Assembly (NCBI RefSeq): GCF_000495475.1
Contig: NZ_ASGZ01000029.1
Coordinates: forward strand, 8,000-71,999
DNA from: Candidatus Halobonum tyrrellensis G22
GTDB lineage: Archaea; Halobacteriota; Halobacteria; Halobacteriales; Haloferacaceae
Length of the DNA: 64,000 bases
Direction of reading: 5' to 3'
In this document: positions 46,691 through 56,856 of the stretch, piece after piece
Numbering within the stretch: the stretch's first letter is position 1
How the letters are laid out: each line of letters begins with the position of its first letter
Program-made: the position numbers and the translations under genes
Notes under the pieces: model-generated
Databases searched by the model: none
What the model saw: only the letters and a program-made list of their open reading frames with translations
Told to the model about the DNA's origin: nothing

Positions 46691-47911
46691 ATGGAGTACC
46701 GACCGGTCCCCGACGACCACGAGGAGACGTATCGCGCGGCCCTCTCGTACGCGTTCGCCCCCCAGCGGGGTCCCGACCCGGACCGCGACGCCCCCGACCG
46801 CCCGGCCGGCTACGCCCGGCGCGGCCTCTACGACGTCCCGCCGGGGACGCCCGAGGCGGACCTCGACGCGGCCGACCTGGCGGTCGTCTGCGGCTACCAC
46901 GACTTCTCCGCGCGGATCCGCGGCGGGTTCCGTCCCGTGGGCGGTGTCTCCGCGGTCGCCTCGCCGCCCGAGTTCCGCCGGCGGGGGCTCGTCCGGGAGA
47001 TGCTCTCGGCGCTCCACGCCGAACTCCGCGACGACGGCGTCGCGTTCGCGGCGCTGTGGCCGTTCGAGTACCCGTTCTACGCGCGACTGGGCTACGCGCG
47101 CGCGAACGACTACGCCCGGGTCGACGTCCCACCGAGCGACCTCGGCCCTGCGTGTCCGCCCGCGGCCGGCGAGTTCGTCCGCCTCGCGCCCGACGACTGG
47201 GAACGGCTCGACGCGGTCCACGCCGAGGCGGCGACGGAGGCGCTCGCGCTCGACCGCACCGAAGAGTGGTGGCGCACGCGCGTGTTCCAGGGGTGGGAGA
47301 CCGACCCGTTCGCGTACGGCTGGGAGCGGGAGGACGGCGACCTGCGCGGCTACCTCGTCTACTCCGTCGAGGACGCCGACGACGCCGACGGGCGGCGGCT
47401 CTCCGTCTCGGAGTTCGCAGCGGTCGACCGCGAGGCGCGCGGCCACCTGCTCCGCTTCTGTCGCAACCACGACTCGCAGGTGTCGACCGTCCGCCTCCAG
47501 GGGCGGGCGGACCTCCGGCTGTTCGACGAACTCGACGACCCGCGGGCGGCCGAGACGAGCGTCCGCCCGGGACCGATGGTCCGACTGGTCGACGTGCCGG
47601 CGGCGCTCGACTCGCTCGCGTACCCCGCCGACGCCGAGGGGTCGGTCGTCCTCGACGTCGCGGACGACACCTGCGCGTGGAACGACGGCCGGTTCCGGCT
47701 GACCGTCGGCGGCGGGACGGCGGCGTGCGAGCCGACGGACGCCGACCCCGACGTGTCGCTCGGGGTGGGAGCGCTCTCGCGGCTCGCCGTCGGCTCGCAC
47801 GCCGCCCCGCGGCTGGACGCGCTCGGCGACCTGACGGCCGACGCGCCGGCGCTGGCGACGCTCGCGGCCGCGTTCCCGCCGGAGCCGACGTTCCTCCGCG
47901 AGGGGTTCTGA
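46691..47911 (+). CDS. GNAT-family N-acetyltransferase, Eis-like (GNAT plus a C-terminal SCP2-like domain)
   Basis: 406 aa; the acetyl-CoA region RRRGLVREMLSA and WPFEYPFYARLGY; length and architecture resemble Eis-type enzymes. Confidence 0.65.
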   Translation: MEYRPVPDDHEETYRAALSYAFAPQRGPDPDRDAPDRPAGYARRGLYDVPPGTPEADLDAADLAVVCGYHDFSARIRGGFRPVGGVSAVASPPEFRRRGLVREMLSALHAELRDDGVAFAALWPFEYPFYARLGYARANDYARVDVPPSDLGPACPPAAGEFVRLAPDDWERLDAVHAEAATEALALDRTEEWWRTRVFQGWETDPFAYGWEREDGDLRGYLVYSVEDADDADGRRLSVSEFAAVDREARGHLLRFCRNHDSQVSTVRLQGRADLRLFDELDDPRAAETSVRPGPMVRLVDVPAALDSLAYPADAEGSVVLDVADDTCAWNDGRFRLTVGGGTAACEPTDADPDVSLGVGALSRLAVGSHAAPRLDALGDLTADAPALATLAAAFPPEPTFLREGF

Positions 47912-48210
47912 CCCGTCGTTATCCCGTCTGAAAACCGGGGCGCAACGTTATTTTACGAGGTCGCCGTCGGGACGAGTGCCACACGACAGTTCGGTGTCGG
48001 GCGGGGCGCGCGGCGCCCGGCGTCGACACGAACCGCGGACCCACACTACACCGCGCCGCCCCCCGGTCGGTTCGACCGGGGCCGCGGCCATCTCTCTCCC
48101 GTTCTCCACACTCGACGACGTCGGAGCGGCGGCGTCGGACCGAACGCGCGGGACCGACCGCGCTCCGACCGACGACGACGCGAGCGACGCGACCGGCGAC
48201 TCGCCGCCGC

Positions 48211-48993
48211 TCAGGCGATACGGCCGCCGCCGTCGACCCACGCCGTCTCGCCGGTGACGTACGAGGCGTCGTCGCTCGCGAGATAGAGGTACGCGCCCGC
48301 CAGTTCGTCGGGCGACGCCGCCCGGAGCGGCGGGGTCGGCGTCTCCCCCTCGCCGCTTATCTCGGAGGCCTCCTCCGACCAGCCCTCGCGGATCTCGGTC
48401 GCCACCGGACCGGGAGCGACGGCGTTGACGCGGACGCCCTCGGGGGCGAGTTCGAGCGCCGCGCTCCGGGTGATCGCGCGGATCGCACCCTTCGTCGCGG
48501 CGTAGTGGGAGTGGTCCCACGACGCGCGCCCCTCGGTGTCCGAGGAGGTGTTGACGACACAGCCGGGTTCCCCCCGGTCGACCATGTCGCGGGCGGCCGC
48601 CTGCGTCCCGAAGAACGCCCCGCGGGCGTTGACCGCGTGGACCTCCTCGAACTCCTCGGGCGTCACGTCGAGGAAGCGCCGCTTGGTGTACACGCCCGCG
48701 TTGTTCACCATCACGTCGACGCCGCCGTACTCGCGGGCCGCCTCCACGACCGACTCGATTTCGGCGGGGTCGGAGACGTCCGTCTCGGCGAACTCCGCGT
48801 CGCCGCCTCCCTCCCGGATGGCCTCGTGGGTGGGGCGGTCCGCGTCGGGGTTCTTCGAGTCGGCGCGCACGTCGGCGTTGATCACCGTCGCGCCCGCCTC
48901 GCCGAACGCGAGTGCGACCGCTCGGCCGATGCCGGAACTGCCGCCCGTGACGATCACCGTGTCGTCTCCGAAGTCGGGGTTGAGCGAACCCAT
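48211..48993 (-). CDS. SDR-family NAD(P)-dependent oxidoreductase
   Basis: TGGSSGIGRA (TGxxxGIG), NNAG, and the catalytic YAATK (YxxxK); 260 aa from ATG MGSLNPDF. Confidence 0.88.
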   Translation of the reverse strand: MGSLNPDFGDDTVIVTGGSSGIGRAVALAFGEAGATVINADVRADSKNPDADRPTHEAIREGGGDAEFAETDVSDPAEIESVVEAAREYGGVDVMVNNAGVYTKRRFLDVTPEEFEEVHAVNARGAFFGTQAAARDMVDRGEPGCVVNTSSDTEGRASWDHSHYAATKGAIRAITRSAALELAPEGVRVNAVAPGPVATEIREGWSEEASEISGEGETPTPPLRAASPDELAGAYLYLASDDASYVTGETAWVDGGGRIA

Positions 48994-49265
48994 AGGTGGA
49001 CGAGGGGAGCGAGACACGTGAGGGTTGGCGTCCCGGCGCCCCGACGGCAGCGTCGGCCGTGCCGCGAGTAGTGGGACCACCGCGGGGTCGGGACTGTCGG
49101 CGGTCGTCGCGTCCGGCGTCGCCGTCGTCGGCGGACTGTACGCGAGGTACCAGTCGGAGCGGTGGACCCAATGAGAGAACGACGAGCCGTCGGCTCGCGG
49201 GTGTGAGATACGAGATTGGTTGGCTGGGGAGTTCCCGGCCCCAATCCCCCGCCGAAGCGGAGTAG

Positions 49266-49339
49266 TGGGCCAACGCGGATTTGAACCGCGGACCTCCCGG
49301 TTATCAGCCGAGCGCTCAACCTGACTGAGCTATTGGCCC
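49266..49339 (-). tRNA. tRNA-Ile (anticodon GAT)
   Basis: The minus-strand sequence GGGCCAATAGCTCAGTCAGGTTGAGCGCTCGGCTGATAACCGGGAGGTCCGCGGTTCAAATCCGCGTTGGCCCA folds as a cloverleaf: a 7-bp acceptor stem GGGCCAA/TTGGCCC, an anticodon loop CTGATAA, and T-arm GGTTCAAATCC. Confidence 0.85.
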
Positions 49340-49400
49340 AGGTGAGCGCATCTCCGAGTTGCGGACGACCCCGGTTAAGCGTTTCCGTTCGGCGTCGCCG

Positions 49401-50015
49401 TCACGTCCTGCGGTCCTGTGACTCGTTGTCGTCCACCGAGTAGTTCACGTCGACCACGTCGTCGCCCTGCCCGCCCGACCCGGCGGACCCCGCTCCCGAC
49501 TCGGCGTTCGCGCCGCCGGCGGTGGTGGACGACCCGCCGCTCCCGCCCGCTCCCGGGCCGCCGCTGCCGGCCGCGCCCGGCCCGCCGTCGGGGCCCGGGA
49601 AGCCGCCGGTCCACGCGACGCCGCTCGCGAGACCGTCGGTCCGGCGGTCGATGTACGGGACGACGACGTACCGCTTGATCGCCTCGCGGATCGGGTAGCG
49701 CGTCGGCGGGATCGCCAGCAGGAACCCCACGGTGTCGGTCACCAGCCCCGGCGTGAGCAGGAACGCACCCGCCGCGACCAACAGCGCCCCGTCGAGCAGT
49801 TCGCTCGTCGGCGGCTGGCCGCGCGCGAGTTTCCGTTCGAGTCCGTGGATCGCGTGTCGGCCCTCGGCGCGGACGAGCAACATCCCGACCAGCCCCGTGA
49901 GGACGACGAGCGCGATGGTGCTCACCGCGCCGATCTCGCCCGCGACCCACACGAGGAACGCCGCGTCGACCAGCGGGATGGCGAGGAGGGCGACGAGGAG
50001 ATACCGAGTGCGCAT
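49401..50015 (-). CDS. FxsA-family cytoplasmic membrane protein
   Basis: The N-terminal MRTRYLLVALLAIPLVDAAFLVWVAGEIG..LVVLTGLVG matches the FxsA two-TM core; Gly-rich C-terminal tail. Confidence 0.7.
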   Translation of the reverse strand: MRTRYLLVALLAIPLVDAAFLVWVAGEIGAVSTIALVVLTGLVGMLLVRAEGRHAIHGLERKLARGQPPTSELLDGALLVAAGAFLLTPGLVTDTVGFLLAIPPTRYPIREAIKRYVVVPYIDRRTDGLASGVAWTGGFPGPDGGPGAAGSGGPGAGGSGGSSTTAGGANAESGAGSAGSGGQGDDVVDVNYSVDDNESQDRRT

Positions 50016-50035
50016 AGTCGGGGTTTTCGAGGACG

Positions 50036-50045
50036 GCCTATATCC
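50036..50045. promoter_or_regulatory. TATA-like element in the divergent region between FxsA and the DUF255 gene
   Basis: cctatatccc about 20-30 nt upstream of the FxsA start codon (minus strand). Confidence 0.3.
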
Positions 50046-50171
50046 CTTGCGGGCCGAGGGCGCCCGGAACGCCGCGTCGGCGGGGCCGCACCCGGCGCGC
50101 CGCCGGCGCTGGAGCCGACGCACGCGACCCGCGAGCGTCGGCTTTACCCCCCCGGACCCCCGACGGCGAGT

Positions 50172-51743
50172 ATGAACGACGAGACGCGCGTCGAGTGGCG
50201 CGAGTGGGGTCCCGGCGCGTTCGCCGCGGCCGACCGCTTGGGCGCGCCCGTGCTGCTGTTCTTGACCGCGACGTGGTGTGACGACTGCCACCGGATGGCC
50301 GTCGAGACGTTCGGCGAGCCGCGGATCGCGGCCAACGTCTCCGACGGGTTCGTCCCGGTCCGCGTCGACGTCGACCGGCACCCGCGCGTCCGCGAGCGGT
50401 ACAATATGGGCGGGTTCCCCTCGGTCGTGTTCACCACGCCGTCGGGCGAGATACTCACCGGCGCGACGTACATCGGTCCCGACGGGTTCCGCTCGGTGCT
50501 CGACCGGGTGCGCGAGACGTGGGACGCGAAGGGGGAGACCGCGGGCCGGGTCCCGCGCGCGCTCTCGGGCGAGGAGACGCCCGCCGGTCCCGTGGGTCCG
50601 TACATCGAGGAACACCTCGCGGGTCAACTCGACGACCAGTGGGACGCCGAGTTCGCCGGCTGGGGCACCGACGCCAAGTTCCCCATGCCCCGGACCGTCG
50701 AGTTCGCGCTCAAGCGCGACCGGCACAAGGCGACCGAGACGCTCGGCGCCGTCACCCGCAACCTCGCGGACGACGACGGCGGCCTGTTCCGCTACGCCGG
50801 CGCGCGCGACTGGAGCGACCCCCACCGCGAGAAACTGCTGGCGGACAACGCCGCGCTGGTGCGCGCGTTCGCCAACGCCTACCTCTACACGGGCGACGAG
50901 TCGTACCGCGAGACGGCCGCCGACGCCGCGGGCTTCCTCCGCGAGGAACTGTGGTCCGGGTTCGCGTTCGGCGGGAGCGTCGGTCCCGACGGCGACCGAC
51001 GCGACCTCACCGCCTACGCCGGCGAGAACGCGCTCGCGGTCGACGCGCTCCTCACCCTCTACGCGTACACGGACGACGAGGCGGCCCGCGACGCCGCCGA
51101 GAGCGCGCTGTCGTACCTCCGCGACGACCTCGTGGACGACGACGGCCGGGTCGTCCGCTACCGCGAGACCGACGAGACGGGCGAGGCGGACCTGCTCGCG
51201 GACGCCGCCCGCGTGGTCGCGGCGTTCGCGCGCGCCGGCACGGTGCTCGGCGAGGGGACCGACCGCGCCGCGGCGGTCGCCGACCGCGCGCTCGACCGAC
51301 TCGGCGACCGGGCGGCGTTCCGCGACGGCCCCGCCGAGGGCCCGGGGCTGCTCGACGAACCGCTGTACCCCATCGACGACACCGTCGAGTTCGCCGACGC
51401 GCTCTGTGACCTCGCGGCGCTGACCGGCGAGGAGCGCTACCGCGAACGGGCTCGGGAGGCTGTCGGCGCGTTCGCGGGCGCGACCGAACGGATGGGCGCG
51501 CAGGTCGCCGGCTTCGGCGGCGTCGCCGCCCGCCTCACTCGCGACCCCCTCGTCGTCGACGTGGCCGCACCCGCGGGGTCGGAGCTCCACCGCGCGGCGC
51601 TCCGGGTCGCCGACCACGAGAAGACCGTCGTCCCCGACTCCGACCGGACGCCCGACGGCACCGCCAGCCTCCGCGGCCGGGAGCTCGACCCCGCGGAGTC
51701 GCCCGACGCGCTGATGGCACGCGTCTCCGCAGTCAGCGAGTAG
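50172..51743 (+). CDS. thioredoxin-domain protein of the DUF255/YyaL type (thioredoxin-like N-terminus plus an (alpha/alpha)6-barrel)
   Basis: LLFLTATWCDDCHRMAVETF (thioredoxin-like CxxC), followed by a long helical-repeat domain typical of N-acylglucosamine-epimerase-like folds. Confidence 0.7.
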   Translation: MNDETRVEWREWGPGAFAAADRLGAPVLLFLTATWCDDCHRMAVETFGEPRIAANVSDGFVPVRVDVDRHPRVRERYNMGGFPSVVFTTPSGEILTGATYIGPDGFRSVLDRVRETWDAKGETAGRVPRALSGEETPAGPVGPYIEEHLAGQLDDQWDAEFAGWGTDAKFPMPRTVEFALKRDRHKATETLGAVTRNLADDDGGLFRYAGARDWSDPHREKLLADNAALVRAFANAYLYTGDESYRETAADAAGFLREELWSGFAFGGSVGPDGDRRDLTAYAGENALAVDALLTLYAYTDDEAARDAAESALSYLRDDLVDDDGRVVRYRETDETGEADLLADAARVVAAFARAGTVLGEGTDRAAAVADRALDRLGDRAAFRDGPAEGPGLLDEPLYPIDDTVEFADALCDLAALTGEERYRERAREAVGAFAGATERMGAQVAGFGGVAARLTRDPLVVDVAAPAGSELHRAALRVADHEKTVVPDSDRTPDGTASLRGRELDPAESPDALMARVSAVSE

Positions 51744-51893
51744 GGCCGCAGCAGGGCCGCGATAGGGCCGTAGCAGGGACACGGTAGAGTCGTGGCAGGG
51801 AGACGGTAGGGGTGCGACAGGGAGGCGGTAGAGTCGTGACAGAGAGGCGGTAGGGCGTGACAGGGACACGGTGGGGGCGCGGTGGGCGGTCGA
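51741..51893. repeat. six-copy degenerate 22-bp tandem repeat (tagRGYCGYRRCAGGGASRCGG)
   Basis: Units at 51741, 51763, 51785, 51807, 51829 and 51851, each beginning with tag; read directly from the sequence. Intergenic, between the DUF255 gene stop and the TrmB gene. Confidence 0.85.
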
Positions 51894-51954
51894 GCGATCC
51901 CCGGGACGAATAAACCGCCGGTGCGTTTTTGTCGCCCGCCCCGGACGACCGGGT

Positions 51955-52758
51955 ATGGCCGACCTGCGCGACCTCGGGCTGTCGGAGTACGAAGCCCGCG
52001 CGTACCGGGCGCTCTTGGAGACCGGGCCGGCAACCGCCAAGGAGTTGTCCGCCGCGAGCGACGTGCCGATGGGTCGCGTCTACGACGTGCTCAACAGCCT
52101 GGAGCGCCACCGACTCGCGCGGAGCCAGGCGGCGAGCCGACCCAAGAAGTACCTCGCGGTCGAACCCGACGCGGCGCTCGACCGCCTGCTCGCCGACCGC
52201 AGACGCGAGTTGGAGGAGGAGGCCGAACAGTACGAGCAGGTCGTCGAGGAGCTCTCCGCGGAACTCGAACCGGGCGAACCGGTCGACGAGCAGTTCTGGA
52301 CCGCCGCGGTCGGCGCCGACGACACCGCCGACCTCCTCCTCGAACGACTGGCGGCCGCCGACGACCGGGTCGTCATGATCGCCGCCACGCCCACCTCCGG
52401 GCTCGACATCGGCGCGGTCGGCGAACGCGTCGCCGAGGAGTTGGAGGCGGCGCTCGAACGCGGCGTCTCCGTCTCGCTTCTGCTGTCGGACGACCTCCCG
52501 GCGACCCTGCCCGCGAGCGTCGGCGAGCGCTACGCCGACCGGATGGCCGCCCACCCCGAGTTCGAGGTGCGCACGACCCCGCGGCTCCGCGGGACGTTCA
52601 CGCTGGTCGACGACAACGAGGTGTGCATGGAGGTCCCGAGTCCGGTCGACCCCGACGAGTCGTTCGCGATGATCGACCTGACGGACCCCGACTTCGCGAG
52701 CGACGCCCGCGAGACGGTCCGGCGTCGGTGGGAGGAGTCCGAGCCGCTGTCGTTTTAG
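51955..52758 (+). CDS. TrmB-family transcriptional regulator
   Basis: N-terminal wHTH LGLSEYEARAYRALLETGPATAKELSAASDVPMGRVYDVLNSLERHRLA, and a C-terminal TrmB effector-like domain. Confidence 0.85.
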   Translation: MADLRDLGLSEYEARAYRALLETGPATAKELSAASDVPMGRVYDVLNSLERHRLARSQAASRPKKYLAVEPDAALDRLLADRRRELEEEAEQYEQVVEELSAELEPGEPVDEQFWTAAVGADDTADLLLERLAAADDRVVMIAATPTSGLDIGAVGERVAEELEAALERGVSVSLLLSDDLPATLPASVGERYADRMAAHPEFEVRTTPRLRGTFTLVDDNEVCMEVPSPVDPDESFAMIDLTDPDFASDARETVRRRWEESEPLSF

Positions 52759-52759
52759 C

Positions 52760-53707
52760 CTAGTCGTCGCCGTACGCCCGCTCGCCGTCGAGTTCGCGTC
52801 GGAGCCGCCCCATCCGGACGTCGCGTTCGGCGTGGGCGTTGTGCTGGTGGATCGACTCGTCGTTCGACTGCTTCATCCGGACCACCACGTCGTCGTCGAG
52901 GTTGCCGAACCGGTCGATCACGTCCTCGGCCATCGTGCGCACGCAGTCCTCGACGAACTTGGCGTTCGTGTGCGCCTCGTACGTCATGTGGTCCTCGTCG
53001 GGCCGCTTGGCGTAGTTGTAGATCCGCGCGCTCATCGCGTCGCGGGCGGTGTCGATCACGTCGAGGAGGTCCACCTCGGGCGCGCCGTCGGCGGTGAACG
53101 TGAGCGTCGCGTGCCCCCGCTGGGAGTGGCCGGGCTGGGGCACCTCGTCGAGGAACTCGTCTATCGTCCCCCCGTCGACGTCGAGTTCCTCCAGCGTCTC
53201 GCGGGCGCGCGACTCCGACATCCCCTGCGAGCAGGGACAGACGGTCATCCCCGTCACCTCGGCGCCGATCTCCTCGCGGGTGCCCTCCTCGGTCGCGGTC
53301 GCGCTCGCGATCACCGTCGAGGCGTTCTGCGTCTCGCGTTCGGAGGCGGGCGTCTGCTCGCGGCGCACGAACTCCGCGGTCATCCGTACCTCCGCCATCG
53401 AGGTGTAGTCGTGTTTCTCCAGTAGGCGGTCGGCGGCGTCGCCGCAGACGTCCTCGATCCGGTACGCCTCCTCGCGGGTGGCGTCTTCGAGTACCTCGTC
53501 GATCACCTCCATGTTCCGGCTCATGTCGATCCCCTTCCGCTCGCCGGGCAGGTCGACGAACACGGAGAAGTCGGCCATGAACACCAGCGGGCGGTCCCCG
53601 CCGCGGTCGACCTTCACCAGTTTCTCGACCCCGGTCACCCCGACCTGACTCAGTCCGACCGTCACGTCCGGGCGACTGGCTTGCACGTCCGGCAGCTGGT
53701 GACTCAT
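52760..53707 (-). CDS. mptA: GTP cyclohydrolase MptA (GTP cyclohydrolase IV, FolE2/MptA family)
   Basis: 315 aa; conserved blocks GIDMSRN, CPCSQ and HSQRGH are characteristic of the FolE2/MptA family. Confidence 0.8.
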   Translation of the reverse strand: MSHQLPDVQASRPDVTVGLSQVGVTGVEKLVKVDRGGDRPLVFMADFSVFVDLPGERKGIDMSRNMEVIDEVLEDATREEAYRIEDVCGDAADRLLEKHDYTSMAEVRMTAEFVRREQTPASERETQNASTVIASATATEEGTREEIGAEVTGMTVCPCSQGMSESRARETLEELDVDGGTIDEFLDEVPQPGHSQRGHATLTFTADGAPEVDLLDVIDTARDAMSARIYNYAKRPDEDHMTYEAHTNAKFVEDCVRTMAEDVIDRFGNLDDDVVVRMKQSNDESIHQHNAHAERDVRMGRLRRELDGERAYGDD

Positions 53708-53813
53708 CTCGTGGAAAGTTACACGGCTGGGACCCGATTAGGGCTTTCGAAAGGCGCACCCGCGAGAACCCCCCGATATCTCGCGGTTCGGGCGGCGTCC
53801 GCGGCCGTCCGGC

Positions 53814-54233
53814 TCAGGGCCAGTCGTCGCGCGCCTCCTCCTCCTCGAACGGGTCCGCCTCCTCGTCGGCGGCCGCGACCGTCCACCCGGCCGCCTCGGC
53901 CGCCTGTTCGACCGGGAGGAACTCCCACCCCGACTCGTCGGCGACCGCCCGGTCGTCGTCGCCGGTGCCGACGAACACGTGTCGGTCGGTCTCGAACTGC
54001 TTTCGAACGTTCTCGAGCGACTCCTTCACCCCGCGCGGTCCCGAGAAGAAGTCCTGTCGGACGCGGTGCTTCCGCGTGAAGTTGGTGACGACGTACGTCG
54101 GTTGCTCGGAGACCACGCCGACGTACTCCGTCCACCCGCGCGCGTCGTTGAACACCGCGTTCGGGTCCGCGAGCGACTTCAGCGCCTCCAACTCGAACGC
54201 GAGCGTCATGTCGGTCGACCCGCCGCTGTCCAT
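53814..54233 (-). CDS. hypothetical acidic protein
   Basis: 139 aa from ATG MDSGGSTDMTLAFELEALKSL...; normal composition, whereas the upstream part of the 284-aa track ORF is Arg/Gly-rich junk. Confidence 0.45.
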   Translation of the reverse strand: MDSGGSTDMTLAFELEALKSLADPNAVFNDARGWTEYVGVVSEQPTYVVTNFTRKHRVRQDFFSGPRGVKESLENVRKQFETDRHVFVGTGDDDRAVADESGWEFLPVEQAAEAAGWTVAAADEEADPFEEEEARDDWP

Positions 54234-54355
54234 ACGTTCGATGGGTCGGAGCCGCCGAAAACGGTGTCGGTTGCGGGACCGCGGGTTCCCCGGGTCCGCG
54301 CCCCCGCCGTGGTTCCCCGGCCGTCGACCGCCGCCCGATCCGATCGTCCGCCCGT

Positions 54356-54648
54356 TCAGCCCACGGGACCCGCGTCCGCACGCCGGTCGTCCGCCTCGAC
54401 CGGTTCGGCCGTCTCGACCGACTCGGCCGCGCCCGTGCGTCCGTCGCGCCGTGGGTCGGCCCGCACGACCGCCAGATACGACGTGAACACGACGACCTCT
54501 CCCGCCTCGACACCGGCGACCGGTCGGGGTTCGCCGTCGACCATGCCGACCAGTTCCTCCAGCGTCCCCTCGGACAACTGGTCCACGTGCCGGACCGTCG
54601 CCGTCTCCGGCACCTCGTCGGTGCGCCGGACCGTCAGTCGCTCCCTCT
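54356..54648 (-). CDS. hypothetical small protein
   Basis: About 97 aa from GTG (VTRQRERLTVRRTDEVPETATVRHVDQLSEGTLEELVGMVDGEPRPVAG...); protein-like composition, start uncertain. Confidence 0.3.
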
Positions 54649-54843
54649 GTCGTGTCACGAGGTACCATATGGCACAGTATTCCTTAAATCTTACCGTGGC
54701 TTCCCCCTTGTGTGTAAGGACCACGGCCCCCGCCGGCGCGCGGGCGATGTGGCTCGCGGTCGGCGAGTGACGAACGACCGAACGAGCCGACAGGTCCGAG
54801 AAGACGTGCGAACCGACCGCGTGCGACCGGACGACGCGGGACG

Positions 54844-56085
54844 CTACTCCGCGGCCGCTTCCTGTTCGAGGTCGTCGATCGAGAAGTCCTCGCTCATCAG
54901 GAGTTCCTTCTGGCCGCTCACGTCGACCCCTTCGCGCATCAGCTTCTTGTACCCCGACTGGGGCGCGAGGTTGCCGATCAGGACGCCGCCGACGATCCTG
55001 CCGTCCTTGAGCGCGAGCCGCCGCCACTCCTCGTCGCCGAACTTCCGCATGACCTCGTCGTCGCCGAGCGTCGGGTGACCGAAGGAGAGGAACGGGAAGT
55101 CGAAGTGGGTGATCGAGTACGACGACACCCAGCGGAACTCCTCCGACTCGGGATCGAGCATGTTGCGCGCGGCGATGGTGCCCTGCTCCTTCGCCGACCC
55201 CCACGCGCCGTTCTGCGCCCGTTCGCCCAGGATGACGTCGTGAAAGCGGGTGATGTCCCCCGCCGCGAACACGTCGTCGACGCTGGTCCGCATGTACTCG
55301 TCGACGAGGATGCCGTCGTCGGTCTCGACGTCGGTGTCCTCGACGATCTCGGTGTTCATGTTCAGGCCGATGGCGACGCCCGCGAAGTCGCACTCGTAGC
55401 GGTCGCCGTTGGGGTCGACCGCCGCGACCACGTGGCCGTCGTCGTCGGTCTCGAAGCGGTCGACGCCGGAGTCGAAGACGGGTTCGACCCCGCGTTCGAG
55501 CATCGCCTCGTGCATCAGGTCGGCGCCCTCCTCCGAGAGCGCGTACCGCCACCAGCGGTTGCCCCGCATCAGGTACTTGCCCTCGATCTCCTGGGCGCCG
55601 CAGATGGCCGCGAAGTCGATGCCGAGCAGCCCCGCGCCGACGATGACGGCGTCGTCGGCGGCGTCGGCCGACTCGCGGATCGCGCGGGCGTCCTGGAACG
55701 TCCAGAAGTGGTGGACGCCGTCGGCGTCGGAGTTCTCCACCGGGAGCTGTTGGGGCGTCCCGCCGATCGACAGCAGGAGTTTGTCGTACTCGTAGACGTC
55801 CCCCTCGTGGGTCTCGATCTCGTGGTCGTCCGTCCGAACGTCGACCACGAGCGTGTTGAGTTCGAGGTCGATCTCCCGCTCCTCGTACCACGACTCGTCG
55901 TGGATGGAGATGGGCGCCTCGGGGAGTTTCCCCTTGGCGAACTCCTTGATGAGGATGCGGTTGTAGAGGGACTCCCCCTCGTCCGTGATCACGGTGATGT
56001 CGGCGTCCGGTGCCTCCTCGCGGAGGGTCTCGGCGGCGGAACTACCCGCGATCCCGTCGCCGATGATGACGAACGACTCGCTCAT
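54844..56085 (-). CDS. NAD(P)/FAD-dependent pyridine nucleotide-disulfide-family oxidoreductase
   Basis: FAD motif FVIIGDGIAGSSAAE, a second Rossmann motif VIVGAGLLGIDFA, and a C-terminal dimerisation domain; 413 aa. Confidence 0.8.
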   Translation of the reverse strand: MSESFVIIGDGIAGSSAAETLREEAPDADITVITDEGESLYNRILIKEFAKGKLPEAPISIHDESWYEEREIDLELNTLVVDVRTDDHEIETHEGDVYEYDKLLLSIGGTPQQLPVENSDADGVHHFWTFQDARAIRESADAADDAVIVGAGLLGIDFAAICGAQEIEGKYLMRGNRWWRYALSEEGADLMHEAMLERGVEPVFDSGVDRFETDDDGHVVAAVDPNGDRYECDFAGVAIGLNMNTEIVEDTDVETDDGILVDEYMRTSVDDVFAAGDITRFHDVILGERAQNGAWGSAKEQGTIAARNMLDPESEEFRWVSSYSITHFDFPFLSFGHPTLGDDEVMRKFGDEEWRRLALKDGRIVGGVLIGNLAPQSGYKKLMREGVDVSGQKELLMSEDFSIDDLEQEAAAE

Positions 56086-56216
56086 ACAGCCCCGTTCGGA
56101 GCGGGGGTTAATGTGGGTTGCTATCCGAGTATCATTTATCTCACCCCCGGTGGCCGCCGTCGGGTGATTCGGTCGCGGCCCACCGCTTATGCCCGTCCGC
56201 GCCCAAGCGGCCGACG

Positions 56217-56819
56217 ATGAAGATCCGACAGAACGCGCGCCACTGGGCGACGAAGAAGGCGCTCACCACGCCCGGCCTCAGGTCGGTCACGGTCGCGGCC
56301 ATGGTGCGACTCCACACCAGTATCTTCCTCGACAAGGCCGACGAGGCCCGCCGCGAGGAGCGGCGCGACCACCTCGACGACTTCTTCGAGGCGACGATGG
56401 ACACGTACGTTGCGGCGCTCGAAGCCGGCTTCCCGGAGGCGGAGGCCCGCGAGGTCACCCACGCGCAGGCCAACTTCGACTTCTTCAACCACGGCTGGGT
56501 GGAGATGATGGAGATCCCCGACGACGAACTGGAGGAGCACTACCGGCGCTACGAGCGGTTCTTCGAACTCCACGGGATCACGATCGACGACCCGCTCGGC
56601 GAGTTCCGACCCGCCGACGGCATCGCGGACGCGCCCGCGACGCCCGACAAGCGGGCCGACGGCGCGTTCGAGAACGCGGTCGCGGGCTTCTCCGACGACG
56701 TGTACGTCGAAGACGAGACGGGCGAGGTGTCCGTCGGCGGCGGGAGCGAACCCGCCGACGTGGACGTCGAGAAGGCCGTCGGCGTGGCCGACGAGTCACG
56801 GGACGGGGGCAGCGCCTAG
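56217..56819 (+). CDS. hypothetical protein
   Basis: 200 aa from ATG MKIRQNARHW; the conserved-looking core FEATMDTYVAALEAGFPEAEAREVTHAQANFDFFNHGWVEMMEIP and an acidic C-terminus. Confidence 0.45.
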   Translation: MKIRQNARHWATKKALTTPGLRSVTVAAMVRLHTSIFLDKADEARREERRDHLDDFFEATMDTYVAALEAGFPEAEAREVTHAQANFDFFNHGWVEMMEIPDDELEEHYRRYERFFELHGITIDDPLGEFRPADGIADAPATPDKRADGAFENAVAGFSDDVYVEDETGEVSVGGGSEPADVDVEKAVGVADESRDGGSA

Positions 56820-56856
56820 TCGGTCCGGTTCGACCGGCGCCGCGCCCACGGGGCGG

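Noticed and set aside
49080-49266. Second tRNA or ncRNA next to tRNA-Ile
   Set aside because: No cloverleaf-compatible sequence or conserved T-arm/D-arm motifs beyond the single tRNA-Ile were found.
51741-51893. Possible CRISPR array
   Set aside because: The whole 22-bp unit is degenerate and tandem with no unique spacers, no cas genes and no leader; it is a simple tandem repeat, not CRISPR.
53770-53794. Hairpin cgcgaga(N11)tctcgcg and adjacent tttcgaaa palindrome upstream of mptA
   Set aside because: The stem is short and there is no T-tract or obvious operator context. It could be a weak terminator for the upstream hypothetical gene, but the evidence is too thin to list as a feature.
53979-54770. 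263-aa plus-strand ORF
   Set aside because: It is antisense to two minus-strand small genes, with Arg/Ser/Pro-rich composition.
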